Source: Carcharhinus amblyrhynchos (taxonomy: Eukaryota). From it: DNA of 64,000 bases. The translations under genes and the position numbers were made by a program. The notes under the pieces were generated by a model, which was not told the DNA's origin, searched no databases, and saw nothing but the letters and a program-made list of their open reading frames with translations. The stretch's first letter is position 1. Every line of letters starts with the position of its first letter. The stretch is taken from the NCBI GenBank assembly GCA_965287045.1, contig OZ336873.1:71424001-71488000 (forward strand). The letters are read 5' to 3'. Of this stretch, positions 11,470 to 24,429 are shown piece by piece.

Positions 11470-12935
11470 CAGGACATTTTTTCCGGATGGAAGAAAGTAG
11501 AAGAGAGAATGTTGGGGTATGTGGGGTCCTTAATTATGCTGGCTGCTTGCTGAGGCATCAGGAAGTGCAGATGGATGGGAGGCTGGTTTGCCTGATGGAT
11601 TGGGCTACATTCACGACCATTTGTAGTTTCTTGCAGCCTTGGGCAGAGCAGGAGCCATACCAAGCGGCTATACAACTAGAATGAGTCCTTTCTTTGGTGC
11701 ATCTGTAAAAGTAGCTGACATCCAAATTTTCTTAGTCTTCTGAGAAAGGACAGACGTTGGTGGGCTTTCTTAACTATAGTGTCAGCATGGGGGGACCAGG
11801 ACAGGCTGTTGGTGATCTGGGCAGCTAAAATCTTGAAACTCCCGACCATTCCTACTTTGTCCTCTTTGATGTAGACAGGGGGCATATTCTCCATTATGCT
11901 TCCTGAAGTCGATGACAATCTCCTTTCTTTTGTTGACATTGAGGGAGAGATTATTGTCTTTGCACTAGTTCACCAGATTTTCTATCTCATCCCTGTACTC
12001 ACCATGGTTAGAGATCCGACCCACTGCAGTGGTGTTGTCAGCAAACTTGAAAATCGAATTGGAGGGGAATTTAAGGAGTAAAGTAGGGGGCTGAGAACAC
12101 TGTCTTGTGGGCATCGGTGTTGAGGATGAACTTGGAAGAGGTGTTGTTGCCTATCCTTAATGATTGTGGTCTGTGGGTAGGAAGTTCAGGATCTAGTCAC
12201 AGAAGGAGGTGCCGAGTTCAGAGTTGAGTTTCATAGAAATATTGGCATTGAAGGCTGAGCTGTGGTCAATAAATAGGAGTCTGACATAGGTGTCTTTGTT
12301 ATCCAGGTGTTCCAGGGTTGAGTACAACACCAGGAAAATGGCATCTGCTGTTGTGGCATTAGGCAGATTGTAGTGGATACAGGCTGTCTGGGAGGCTGGA
12401 ATTGATTTTTGCCATGACTAAACTTTCAAAGCACTTCATAATGAGCCACCAGACAATAGTCATTAAGGCACACTGCTTGGCTTTTCTTTGGTACTGGGGT
12501 GATGATCATCTTCTTGAAGCAGATAGGGACCTCAGATCATTGTAAAGAGAGGTTGAAGGTGTCTGAAAATACTTTGGCCAGCTGATCCGCGCAGGATCTG
12601 GGTTCTTATCTAGGTACCCCAACCAAGCCAGTCACTTTCTGTGGGTTGACCTTCAAGAAGGCTGCTCTGACATCTGCAGTAGTGATCTCAGATGCAGATT
12701 CATCTGAGGCTTTCAGGGTGGAGGGTGTGTTCTCACTAACCTCTTGCTCAAAACGGGGTAGAATGCATTGAGTTCATCAGGGAGGGGTGCATTGGAGCCA
12801 ACAATTTTACATGCCTTCATCTTGTAGCATGTTATGTCTTGCAGACCTTGCCATAGTCGGTGGGGGTCGGTGTGACTAGCCTGGGATTCTAGCCTGACTT
12901 TTGGCATCTTCGATGGACCTCCTTAGATCATATCT
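11470..12935 (-). mobile_element. Second degenerate Rex1/Babar-like LINE (RT to 3' region)
   Basis: KKAHQRLSFLRRLRKFG and LPDELNAFY; colinear with 8680-10000. Confidence 0.85.
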
Positions 12936-14979
12936 TCGGGGTTGTCCCCCACTCCTGCCTTCCATGAGTGTTGCCCACCTTGTATCACTGCCATCCAGTC
13001 ACTTTATTCTCACCCTTGCCAGGGACTTTGGATGCTGACTTTGCCACTGTTTCTAGTTTGTCCAACTGGACTAGTGTGGCTATCAATAGCCAATGCAGCG
13101 TGAAACCCATCTTCAATTGGACAAACTGGAGGACAGTTTTTGTCAAATTTGCAGTGGCCAGACCTACCGTGGAATCCTTGGATGTTTCCTACGGCACTCC
13201 AGGGTCACACAGAATACAATTTGCAGAAATTTGGATTAGACAATGAAATGGGAGCTTCAGAACCGTCTCACCAGAGAGCTAGAAACAGAAGTCCTCATGA
13301 TCATGAAGTTTCAGTGACAGCCAATAACAGAAATAAATAACAGGCGAATTAAAAAGTATCTAGATTGCTGAAAGTGTGAAATTTATTCTGAGGTTGCAGA
13401 TACGGGGCAAATACCATTTAGTAACAGAGCTGGGTTTGTACTGTAAATATCCTTGCAGATAGGCCATCCAAGGCATGAGCCCAGTTGCTAGAGACATTGA
13501 AGAACTGTTAGGGGTGCGAGTATTAAACTGGACTCTCCCACCATTGAAAAAATATTCCTGAACCTTCTTAATTTTTTGACCCATATTCCTGCGAGTGTAA
13601 ATCAATCAACATTTTAAAAATAACATTCCTGCAGGAAGATACTCTTCAGAGGGAAGTGTTTCTGTAGCTGCTCACATTGACAGCAGATGCATGAGGGAAA
13701 CTATGGAAACAAAATAAATGTGTATATATAGCCCGAATCATGCACCCAAGGTGTGGCATTTCTTTCATTACACTCTGTTTTGCTGAAAATATGTTGCGTT
13801 CAACTAAGATTAGATCCTCCAACCTTTCATGGTAAAAAAAATCATAAAGGAAAATTTTCAGGCATCTCCCTGGTTACTTTTGATGATTTCATTTGGGGAG
13901 ACTGTCCTTCTGGCAGGGAAACCACTTCACCGGATGGCCTTGGAAGCAGCCATGGCCCTCTTTTGGCTGCAGCTCCAGTGGGGAGACCCAAATGCACCAT
14001 CAGGCCAATGCCCAAATATGCCTCCAAGCACCTTACAGGTTTGGTCCTCAGTGATTGGCTTATTCATCATTGGGAAGATCCCAACTGTGGCCTTAATCAG
14101 TCCATGATTGGACATTTCTCTAGTGCAGATTGACTACCTGCCAGTGCCGGGCTGGTAGCCTCTGCCACTTACTGGAGTCAACCTAGAGCATCTGTGACTC
14201 CAAGATGCTCATGACAGTACATTTAGAGAGGTTGTCACAGTCCAGTCTTCAAAGATAGAAAGGGAATGAGTAACTGCCAGGCAGAGTAGTGATAGGCAGG
14301 TAGTGCAGGAGCTCCATGGGGCTATACCTCTCTCAAACAGAGATACTGTTGGGGTAATGACTTCTCAGGGGATGCAGTGAAAACCAAGTTTGTTACACCA
14401 CAATTAGCTCAACTGTGCAGATGGGAAGGAAAAAGAGGCATTGGCCTCTAGCGATACAGAATTTCATATGAGGGGAGCAAATAGGCATTTCTATAGTCAC
14501 AAATGTGATTCCAGGATGGTATGTTGCATCCCTGGTGCTTGGGTCCAGGGTGTCACAGAGTAGCTGCAGAGCAATTTGGAGAAGGAGGGCGAAGAGTCAG
14601 TGATCTTGGTACACATTGTTATCAATGGCAAGTACAAAAAATGGATGAGGTAATGATAGCTGAATACAGGAGGTTAGGTGATAAATTAAGAAGCAGGACC
14701 TCCAAGGTAATACTTTCAGGATTCCTGCCAGTCCCATGCACTAGTGACAGCACAAATAGGAGGATAGGTAGGATGAATGTGTAGCTAGAGGGTTCATGTA
14801 AGAGGATAGTTTCAGATTCCTGAGGAAGGTAGGATATTTACAAACTGGATGAGTACATCCCAATAGGACCTGGCTTCGTATCCTTGCAGGGTTTTTGCTA
14901 GTACTGTTTGGAGGCTTAAAACTAGTTTGGCAGGGGGTGGGTATCTGAGCAGGGAGTTAGCGGAGATGGAGATTGGGGT

Positions 14980-15367
14980 AGAACAAAGAACAAAGAACAA
15001 AACAGCCCAGGAAACAGGTGCTTCGGCCCAACGAGCCCATGCCGCCATTTTAACATTATGAGTCCCCTCTCTACCCATGACCCTTGTCTATGCATATGGC
15101 ATTCCACATTGAGGGAAGACTAAATTTAGGGACAATTTGTTACACCAATTAGCCTAATAGCACATCTTTGGGGTATGGGAGGAAACCGGAGCACCCGGAG
15201 AAAACCCACGCAAGCACGGGGAGAATGCACAAACTCCCGCAGACACTGGCCCAAATCCATGTATCTGCACTGCAAACAGTGATAGTCACTGAGCTGTCGT
15301 GTTGCCCAGCATATGGTCCAGTTTAAGCGTACACTAATGACATGAAGTACTAGGCTATTCTCGAAAC
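14980..15367 (-). mobile_element. 5'-truncated copy of the CR1 3' UTR/V-SINE composite seen at 8099-8493
   Basis: Reverse complement aligns from GTTTCGAGA.TAGCCTAGTACTTC through the V-SINE body to the (TTGTTCT)n tail; possible GTAGAA target-site duplication (TSD). Confidence 0.8.
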
Positions 15368-16766
15368 CTTGTAAAAATTCTTGTAGAAATACAAGGCAGA
15401 AAAGATAACAGCAATAGAGAAAGACATGGGAATTAAAGGCAAGCACCAAGCAGAGGTTCTATTGTCCCTAGAGGTTGGAGAAGTGGTAGGGAAACAAAAT
15501 AAAGAATTTGTTATCTTAGTGTGTAAAACACAACATGAATGATGGTACAAATAGAGTTAAATGGCATTACTGAGACATGATTGCAAAAAGATCAACTTGG
15601 GAAATCAATATTCAGGGTTACTTGACTTTTAGAAAAGGCAGGCAGGAAGGAAAAGGTGGTGGGGTAGCTTTGCTCTCAACAGAGGAAATAAATACAGTTC
15701 TGAGAGATGATCTAGGCTCAGAGAGGATATGGAGTCGGTTTGGATGGAAGTGACAAAAAGCAAAGGAAGGAAGAGAGTGGTAGGATTATTGCATAGGCCA
15801 CGGAAAAGTAGCCACACTGTAGGAAGAAGTTTCAATCAAGAAGTAACAAATGCAGTTAAGAATAGCAAACATTCATCATGGGTGACTTTAATTTTCATAT
15901 AGATTGAACTAATCAAATTGGAAATGGCAGCCAAAAGAATTAATTTATAGAATGCATTTGGAATAGTGTCTTTGTACAATATGTTATGGAGCCAACTAGT
16001 GTTGGCCTATTTTGGATCTGGTAATGTGTAATGAGGTAAGTTAAATAAATAATCTCAAGGTTGAGGATTCCATCGCAAATAGTGATTGTTGTATGATAGA
16101 ATTTAACATTCAACTTGAGGGTGAGGAAGTTTGAATTTCAGTTTCAAGCTTAAAGAAGGGAATTATGAAGGTATGAGGATGGAATTGGCCAAGGTAGACT
16201 GGTCATATGTCATATAGGTAACAAAATTGATCTTTGACATTTAGGGAGTTAATTCATGACTTTCTGCAAAAATACATCACAGTGAAGAGGAAAGAGTAGG
16301 CGGGGAGGCGGGGGGTGAGGTGGGGGGAGGGGGGAAGAACCTACCATGGATAAACAAGGAAGTTAAGCAGGGTATTAAGTTAAAAGCAGAAATATATAAA
16401 TTGGCAAAGGTTAATGATAGAGAGTGGGATAAATTCAGATTGTAGCAAAGATTGACTAAAAAAACTCTCAGAAAGGAGAAAATAAACTGAGAGCAGCCAG
16501 TGAGAAACGTAAGAACAGACAATTTTAGCTTTTTTGAGTACATAAAAAGGAAGAAAGAAATAAAAGAAAGCAAGCATTGGCTCTTCAGAGAATGAAACTA
16601 GACAAGTAATTATGGGGAAGAAGGAAATGGCAGACGAGTTAAATAGACATTTTGCCCAGTCTTTACTATAGAGGATACTACAAGCATCCCAGAAATAATC
16701 AAAAATACAGGGGAGGATAATCATCATCACCAGTCAATTAGTTATAGGCAAACTAATGGGGTTAAA

Positions 16767-16817
16767 TGTGCTGCCAAATAAACCTGTTCAACTTTAACCT
16801 GCTGGTGTGAGACTACT
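16767..16817 (+). mobile_element. 51-bp Penelope-type 3' terminus with a 13-bp TSD
   Basis: ccaaataaacctgtt..actttaacctg.tggtgtgagact.ctt flanked by TAATGGGGTTAAA at 16754-16766 and 16818-16830. Confidence 0.75.
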
Positions 16818-17714
16818 TAATGGGGTTAAAGGCTGACAAGTCTCTTAAAGGATCTTAAAGGTGGTAGCTACAGAGATTCTGGATGCATTGGTAATCACTT
16901 TTCAAAAATCCCTGGAACTCTGCCAAAATGTTGAAAAACTATTGATGCAGTGCCCTTACTCAAAAAAGGAAGGAAGCAAAATGCAGGAAACCACAGACCA
17001 GTTAGTCTAACTTCAGTTATTAGAAAAATATCAAAATTGTTAAGGAGAAAATAGCAGTGTGTTTGGAAAGTCATAATCTGATCAGAGTCAGCCTGGTTCC
17101 ATGAAGGAGAAACTGTGTCTGATAAAATAATTAGAATTCTAGGAGGTATTGACCAGGGTGGATAGAGGAGAACCATTCAAGGTTGTATATTTGGATTTTC
17201 AAAAAGCATTTGAAAAGGTGCCACACAAAAGGCTGCTACACAAAATAGGAGCTCATGGTGTTGGGGGTAATATTCTGGCATGGATGGAGGATTGGCTAAT
17301 TAATAGGAGAGCGTGAGTCATGGTAAGGGGATCTTTTTCAGGTGGGAGGGCAGTAACCATTGAAATACCGCAAGAATCAGTGCTGGGACCGCCACTCTTC
17401 ACAATATACATTAATGATTTGGAGGAAGGATCAGAATGTACTGTGGCCAAATCTGAAGATTATTCAAAAGTGGGAGGGAAGGCAGGTTGTAAGGAGGATA
17501 TAATAGCTCACAGGCAAATATATGGATAGGTTAAGCAAGTGCACAGAAATTTGGCAAATGGAATTCAGTGTGAGAAAATGTGAGATTGTTCACTTTGGAA
17601 AAGCAAATGAGATGAGAAATTATTATTTAAATGGAGAGAGACTGCCAAAATCTGTAGCACAAAGGGACTTGGGGATCCTTGTTCATGAAACTCAGAAAGC
17701 TAGTCTACAGATTA

Positions 17715-18000
17715 TTAGAGTCACGGAATCCCTACATTGCAAAAAGACATCATTCAGTCCACTGGGTCTGTACTGACCCTCCAAAAGAGCATCTTACCCA
17801 GACCCACCTCATACCCTAGCCCCATAAACCCACACATTTACCATAGCTAATCTACCTAACCTACACATCTTTGGGCAATCAGGGGCAATTTAACATGGCC
17901 AATTGACCTAACCTGCACATGTTTGGACTGTGAGGGGATTAAGGAGCACCCAAAGAAAACCCGATCCCTGGAGCTGTGCTAACAACTGTGCCACCATGTT
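17715..18000 (-). mobile_element. HE1/V-type tRNA-derived SINE nested in CR1
   Basis: Reverse complement of GGCACAGT..TTAGCAC and ACAGTCCAAA..ATGTGCAGGTTAGGT; the CR1 sequence resumes after it. Confidence 0.75.
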
Positions 18001-18644
18001 ACCCCAATATGGAAGGCAAATGAAATGCTAACTTTCATTTCAAGGGACCACAGCATAAACGTAAGAAGGTGTTGCAGCAACTATACAAGGTACTAGAGAG
18101 GCCACAGTTAGGATACTGTGTACTGTTTGGTCCCTTTATTTAAGGAACAATATATTATCATTGGAGACAGTACAGAAGAGGTTTACTAGGACCATCACGG
18201 GTAAAGAAAGATTGCCATATGAGGAAAGATTAGCCAGGTTTGGTCTGCACTCCTGGGAGTGCAGAAGAATGAGAGGTGATATGATTGATAACAGATTCTT
18301 AGTGTAAATATTGGGAAGATGTTTCCACTTATGGGAGATTGTAGGACCAGATGACATAGTCACAGAATAAGGGAGTGCTCATTTAAGGCAGAGTTGAGGA
18401 AGAACATTTTTCTCAAAGAGTTGTGAATCTTTGGAATCCTTAACCCCAGAAAGCTGTGGAGTTCAAGTCTTCAACATTTTCAAGGCTGATTGGTATCTAA
18501 TCAGTAGAGGAATTAAGGTTCCAGACATAAGGCAGAAAAGTGGACTTAGTGAGTGTCCAATCAGTCATGAATTTATTAAATGGTGAAGCAGGTTCAAAGG
18601 GCTGAAGGCCTACACCTGTTCCTATTTCTTATGGTCTTCTTGTT

Positions 18645-19310
18645 TCTGAGAGAAGAAGTTCCTTCACATCACCATCTTAAATGGCATATCTCTTACTTTT
18701 GAATGGTTTCCCTAATTTTAGATTCATCATGTGGGGAGACATTGTCTCTAAGTCCCCTCAGAATCTTGTATGTTTCAATAAGATCACTCCTCATTCTTTT
18801 AAACTCCAATGAGTATGGGCCCAACCTACTCAACTTTTCCTCATAAGACAAAACCCTTTTATTCCAAAGATCAGCCAGTGAACTTTCTCTCAGCTGCAAG
18901 AATATCCCTCCTTGTGTTTAGGAGACCAAAACTAAACATAGTATTCTAAGGCTGGGATTTTCCAGGTCCCTCCACAATGTGTTTTCCAATGTTGGAGAGG
19001 GCTCAATATTGGCCACCAGCAGGATCTTCTGGTCCCACTGAAGTCAATGGCCAGTTGCGTTGTTTGCTAGCTGGGCCACTGAGAGCTGGGGTTCCCTTCA
19101 GCAAGACTGGAAGAACCCAGTAGCGGGAAGGGACAGAAAAACCTGGCCTAAGAGTGATCTCACCAATACCCTGTATAGTTGCAGCAAAATTTCCCTTGCC
19201 CCCTTGCAATAAAACCAACATTCCATGTGCTTTCCTAATTATTTGCAATTTGTTTTGTGGTTTACACATAAGAACACCCAGATTCTTTTGTATTGCAGCT
19301 TGCAGGGCCT
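18645..19310 (-). mobile_element. Degraded CR1 3' fragment split by a MITE
   Basis: LSYEEKLSRLGPYSLEFKRMRSDLIETYKIL (ORF 18693..18899). Confidence 0.8.
18950..19148. mobile_element. PIF/Harbinger-type MITE
   Basis: Imperfect terminal inverted repeats GGCTGGGATTTTCC ... AGAAAACCTGGCC with a TAA TSD (18947-18949, 19149-19151); the host CR1 is restored on removal. Confidence 0.7.
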
Positions 19311-20269
19311 CTGGCAGCAAGTGGCAATGTTTGGTACAGGAGGAGGACTGGTCAACTCTTGTGGGCCCCTCCGGTCAGGCAGAGTTTTAGACATGCAGAA
19401 GGGTGGAGACAAATGCCATGAGGTGAGGGAGAAAGCAGCCAGGACAAAGAAAGAGAGATACCAAACAGGACAAAGACCTGGAACACCTACAGTGAATATT
19501 GTCTGTAATAAGTTGGTTCCTTGGAGCTATGATTTCCCTTCAGAATTGTACTGCTTTAATGGCAGTGGAGTAAAAACGCGTTGCTTTATAACCTTTGTGC
19601 AGTCGGTGTGCTTAAATCATAAAATAGCATTCTGCAGTCTCTCTTCACTTAAATAATATTCTGCTTTTCTATTCTCCCTGTCAAAGCGGAAAACCCTACA
19701 TTTCTCTCACATTGTACTCCATCTGCCAATTCTTTTGTCCACTCACAACCTATTGGCTTCCTTATCTCACCACATTAAATGTGGTGCCATTTTTGTCTCT
19801 ACAATCCAAAATGGTTCTGAGTTCTAATCCATCCTCACCATCCTCTGGGTGAAAAAAAAATTCCCTCAACTTCTCATAATCTTTCTGTCAATTGTTTAAA
19901 ATTCTATGGCATATGGTTATTGACTTCTCTGTTAGTGGAAATGGGTCATTTCTATCTTTAGTCAGCAATATATAGGAAATTTGTTTATAGTAATGAGGAT
20001 CCAGATCTGCTGTCAGGAGTACTGGTGGGCTGAACTTAAGCTGCTGTTGCAGGTTGGGATCTATTGGATACCTGTACTGTCCCGTTGTGCTGTACATGGT
20101 CAGGAAGTTTCAACATCTGATAGCTGATTAAGCTGCCCAGGACACAATCCTACACTGAGCTTAGATATACACTACTCACCCTAAAAATGTTTGTTTATTT
20201 TCAGATGTAGCTCAGTAATTATTGATGTTATCCAACTCATTCATAGCCCTCTCCCCTCAAAAGTCCTCA

Positions 20270-20730
20270 ACAACTCCACCCACACCATCTGATCAACCCC
20301 TCCAACCCAACAAGAGCCCCTCTAATCCAATCTCACCTGATCCAAAACCCCTACCCTTCCAATCCAACCTGACTACCCCCGACACAATCGCCACCTCCCT
20401 GACCTGAATCAACTATTCCACTGACTTTACTCACCCAACCCCAACACCCCTCCCCACACACACGACAGCTCTTCAACCTGACTCACCCCACTGACTCAAT
20501 TACCCACTGTTTCAACCATGCCCAACCTGATCTGACTAGCCCCCAACCCACCTAAACCCCCAACAAACCAATGAACATTCATGGACCCAACCTGACCACC
20601 ACCCCTCAATGTGACCCACCCTTGTCACCCATCCACCCACTCAATGGCCCACCCACTCACTTACCCAGCCATCACCCCATCCATCTATCTATTCATTCAT
20701 CTACCTCACATACTCTCATTCACTCATTCC
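20270..20730. repeat. C/A-rich low-complexity tract
   Basis: G-poor run of degenerate cccaacctga/cacccactc units. Confidence 0.7.
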
Positions 20731-21084
20731 AGAGCTAGAGTAGAGAAATGATATTCGAGTGCAGTGCCAATGGATTGCTACACTGTCAGTGGGGGCGGAG
20801 GGGGGGGAACTGACAGCACCCTCTTTAGACATTAATCCAAGGCGCTACCTGATCAGATGAATGGAAAAGATTCCACAACACGATTTTGAAGCAGAGTTAC
20901 CCTGCCAAATAGTTATCCCTCAATCAACATCACAGAAACAGACTATTTGGACGCTATCACACTGCTGTTTGTTTGCTGTGTGTAGATTGGCTGCTGCATT
21001 CCCTACATTACAGCAGTGGCTTCACTTCAAAAGTATTTCATTGACTGTAAAATGTTTTCAGGCATTCTGATATTAAGAAACACT

Positions 21085-21620
21085 CTACCAATGTCCTCTG
21101 GTTCCACCCATAGATTGCTTCATTGGTCCTGAATGGATTCTACTGTTACCCTGGTTCCCTCTTCCTATTGATATACTAACAGAATATCTTGGGATTTTCC
21201 CTACTTTTACAAGCCAGAGCTTTCTCATAACCCCTCTTTGCATTCTAATTGCTTTCTCAAGTTCTACCCTGCACTCTCTATACCTCACTAATGCACTGAT
21301 TTGCTCCCCTTGTATTTTTTAAAAGCTTTCTTTTCCTTCTTATTATAGCCTGAATGCATCTGGTGATCTATGGTTCTTTGGGCTTGTTACTCCTTCCTAA
21401 AACCCTGGAGGGAACATTCTGGTCTTGCACCCTCCCTATTTCCTTTTTGAATGGCCTTCACTGCTCTTCTGTAGATGTTCTCGTGATTAGCTGTTCGCAG
21501 ACCACCTTGGCCAGATGCTGTCTTATTTCACTAAAATCTACTCTCCCCCAATCCAAAGCTTCTTTTTGCGGCTTGTCCACTTCCTTGTCTATAACAAGCT
21601 TAAATTGCATCATGCTGAAA
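21085..21620 (-). mobile_element. Degraded CR1 ORF2 fragment
   Basis: ORF 21085..21288 resembles the region upstream of RT at 5996-6300 (YRECRVELEKAIR). Confidence 0.7.
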
Positions 21621-23267
21621 GGATATATAATATTGTCATTGCTTTCCTAAACTCTTAATACCTAAAACTGACCTTCTCCTCAGGCTGTCCTTCTGAAGAA
21701 ATTGCTCTATGTTGAGTATCAAAAATTCTTTGTTAACTCCTGCTGTCGCTGTTATACCAACATTGCCAATTCAGACCCTGGCTGTGCCAGTCTAACTTTC
21801 CAATCACACAGCAGTAATCCAATCCACAGCAATCATTCCAAGACACTGGGCTTGAATCCTCTGATTAACTGGAAAATTTTACATATTTTGTTGTAAGCGG
21901 TCTTTAGGAGAAGTATTGCGTTGAATAATTGGCACTTCCAATGAACAAAGATGTTATGAAATTCTTTATCCTGGGCATTTTGCCAATCAGTATAAAAGCT
22001 CACTGGGGTGAGAATGCTTTAGTTGAATGTATATTGATGCTATGAATAACTAGCAATGTACATTGCCTTCTTCCCATTTTCAGACTAACCACAAATTACT
22101 TCAAACATTCCTGGTCTCCACCCAAACTGAAAGATCACTTTCGATCCCCAGTCTGTTTGTCTGGGCCTAGTTTCCTGCTCTGCAGTTAAATTTATAGATT
22201 AATCTGAAGAGACTGGTGACGAAGTCCTACCTCAGAACAATTGGTGTTTGTGAAATTGCTTTCCAGGCAGATCCTTGAGCATGTGTCTAAACCTTCTGTC
22301 ACAAGCATGGTAAAACCGTTGGATGTACGTGGTCTTCCTGTGCAGCCAATACTACAAAATTTCAGTGAGTACCTTTAGATGTCAGCTATGGCCCAGTCAG
22401 TGACACTCATGAGTCAGAAAATTGTAGGAATAAACCTCACTCCAGACATGTGAGCCTATAATTTAAACTAACACATCAATTCTGCACTGAGGGAGTGCTG
22501 CATAGCTGAAGGTGCTGGCATTTAGATAAAATGTTAAACCAAAGCCCTTGTCAATACATAAAAGACCCCACAGCACTATTTGTAAACAAGATAGGGAGTT
22601 CTTTTTGCTATTCATTCATGAGAAGAGAAAATCACCAGCAACAACAACATTTATTGCCCATCCCTAATTTGCCCTTGAGAAGGTGCTGATGAGCCACCTT
22701 CTTAAATGCAAATGAGTGGCTTGTGAGGGCATTTCAGAGAGCAGTTGAGTCAACCACATTACTGTGGATCTGGAGTCACATGTAGGCCAGACTGGATCAG
22801 GATGGCAGATTTTCTTCTCTAAGGGTATTATTAGTGAATCAGATGAGATTTTTAAACAAATAATCCTTTAGTTTTATGGTCACCATTGCTGATATCGATT
22901 ATTGATGATTCTAGCTTTAAGATTTAAGCATTGAACTGAATTAAAATTCCCTACTTGACTTGGTGAGATTTGTACTCATGTTTCCAGATATTTACTCCAG
23001 GCCTCATCTTTCCAAAGGTTGTTAATGTTTAGAATTCTCTACCAGAGAGCAGTGGAGACTTTGAGACATTGAATATATTCAAGACTGAATTGGACAGATT
23101 TTTGATCGACAAGAGGGTCAAGGGTTACAGAAGGAAAGTGGAGTTAAGGCCACAATCCAATCAGCTATGATCGTATTAAACAGTGGAGTAGGCTCAATGG
23201 ACTAAAAGGCCTGTACCTGCTCCTATTTTTTATGTTCTTATGTCACTGAAATATGAGACAATTAACA

Positions 23268-23560
23268 TAAAGTTAAAAGTTTATTTATTAGTCACAGGTA
23301 GACTTACATTCACACTGTAATGAAGTTACTGTGACAATCCCCTAGCTGCCTGTTCAGGTACACTGGGCAAGAATTTAGCATGGCCAATGCACTTAACCAG
23401 TGTATCTTTCAGGCTGTGGGAGAAAACCAGAGCAAACTGATACAGACACAGGGAGAACATGCAAACTCAACACAGACAGTGACCCAAGCCAGGAATTGAA
23501 CCTAGGTCCCTAGCTCTGTGAGGCAGCCATACTAACCACTGTGCTATTGTGCCATTCCTA
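23268..23560 (-). mobile_element. V-type SINE with an alternative 3' tail
   Basis: tRNA-like head and V body in reverse; the tail aagttaaaagtttatttattagtcac is also seen at ~31890 and ~53760. Confidence 0.8.
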
Positions 23561-24429
23561 GCTACTCTGCTACTGTAGTCACATATTGGTAGCTGTCCTT
23601 CCGAAATTACATTGATAAATCACTTTCAAAAGTGATTTGACGGTAAAGGGCTATATAAATGAAACTCTTTCTTTCTTTGGTTTTCAGCCCAGATTGCTAA
23701 TCACTACTTAAATCCTGATTGTGATTGGATGATATTGAAGAAATAGCAGCTTCACATAATCCGATGGGTTGTTGCTAATTCTGTGTTATGAGACAGAGTC
23801 ACTCTTTTCTTTAGACTTCCTAAAATATATACACAGTGAGACAGATTGACAAAGTGCTGACTTGCAGTTTCAAATCTGGGCAACTAACTGTCTTTAAAGA
23901 CGAATGAGCTGATTCTTAAACTTCTGCCTCAAAAATTTCATTTCAGTTGGTGAGTCATGCCTGGAAAGAGTCCAAGTGGGGAACTCCCCCGTTGAGTGAG
24001 GGTCTCCTGGGTAAACTCAATCATGGCTGATGGGTATCATGCATGTGGAAGGGTGTCGTTGTGAGATGGCTTGTGGGGTGAAGACCAGTCACTATTCATG
24101 GCATTATTTGTTCCAGATATTAACTATGTGGAAGCAGAATGTGGAACTGATCACCTGGACTCTGGAACAAATGAGGGCATTGCTTTCAGAAGGAGCAAGT
24201 TAAGTGGATTTCCCTCAACTTGAAGTCTGTTTTTTTCTCTCTGCTAAATGTGCGGAGGAGAATCAAGAGCTCCTTTGCCCTTTCAGTGAGCTGGGATAGG
24301 AACACAAATGGCACCTTCTCACAACAATCCTGCATACTGGATTAGGCAACATAATACCCTACACAGCCCAAATTAAACGTAGAAAAAAATCATGAAATTA
24401 ACTATGAAAACCATTATCTGAAATCCCTG

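Larger units (their letters stand above)
14250..18640 (+). mobile_element. Old, heavily degraded long CR1 LINE with nested insertions
   Basis: ORF1-like remnant (RSRTSKVILSGFLPVP), endonuclease remnant, RT remnants (PQESVLGPPLFTIYINDL; WQMEFSVRKC) and a CR1 3' tail near 18630. Confidence 0.85.
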
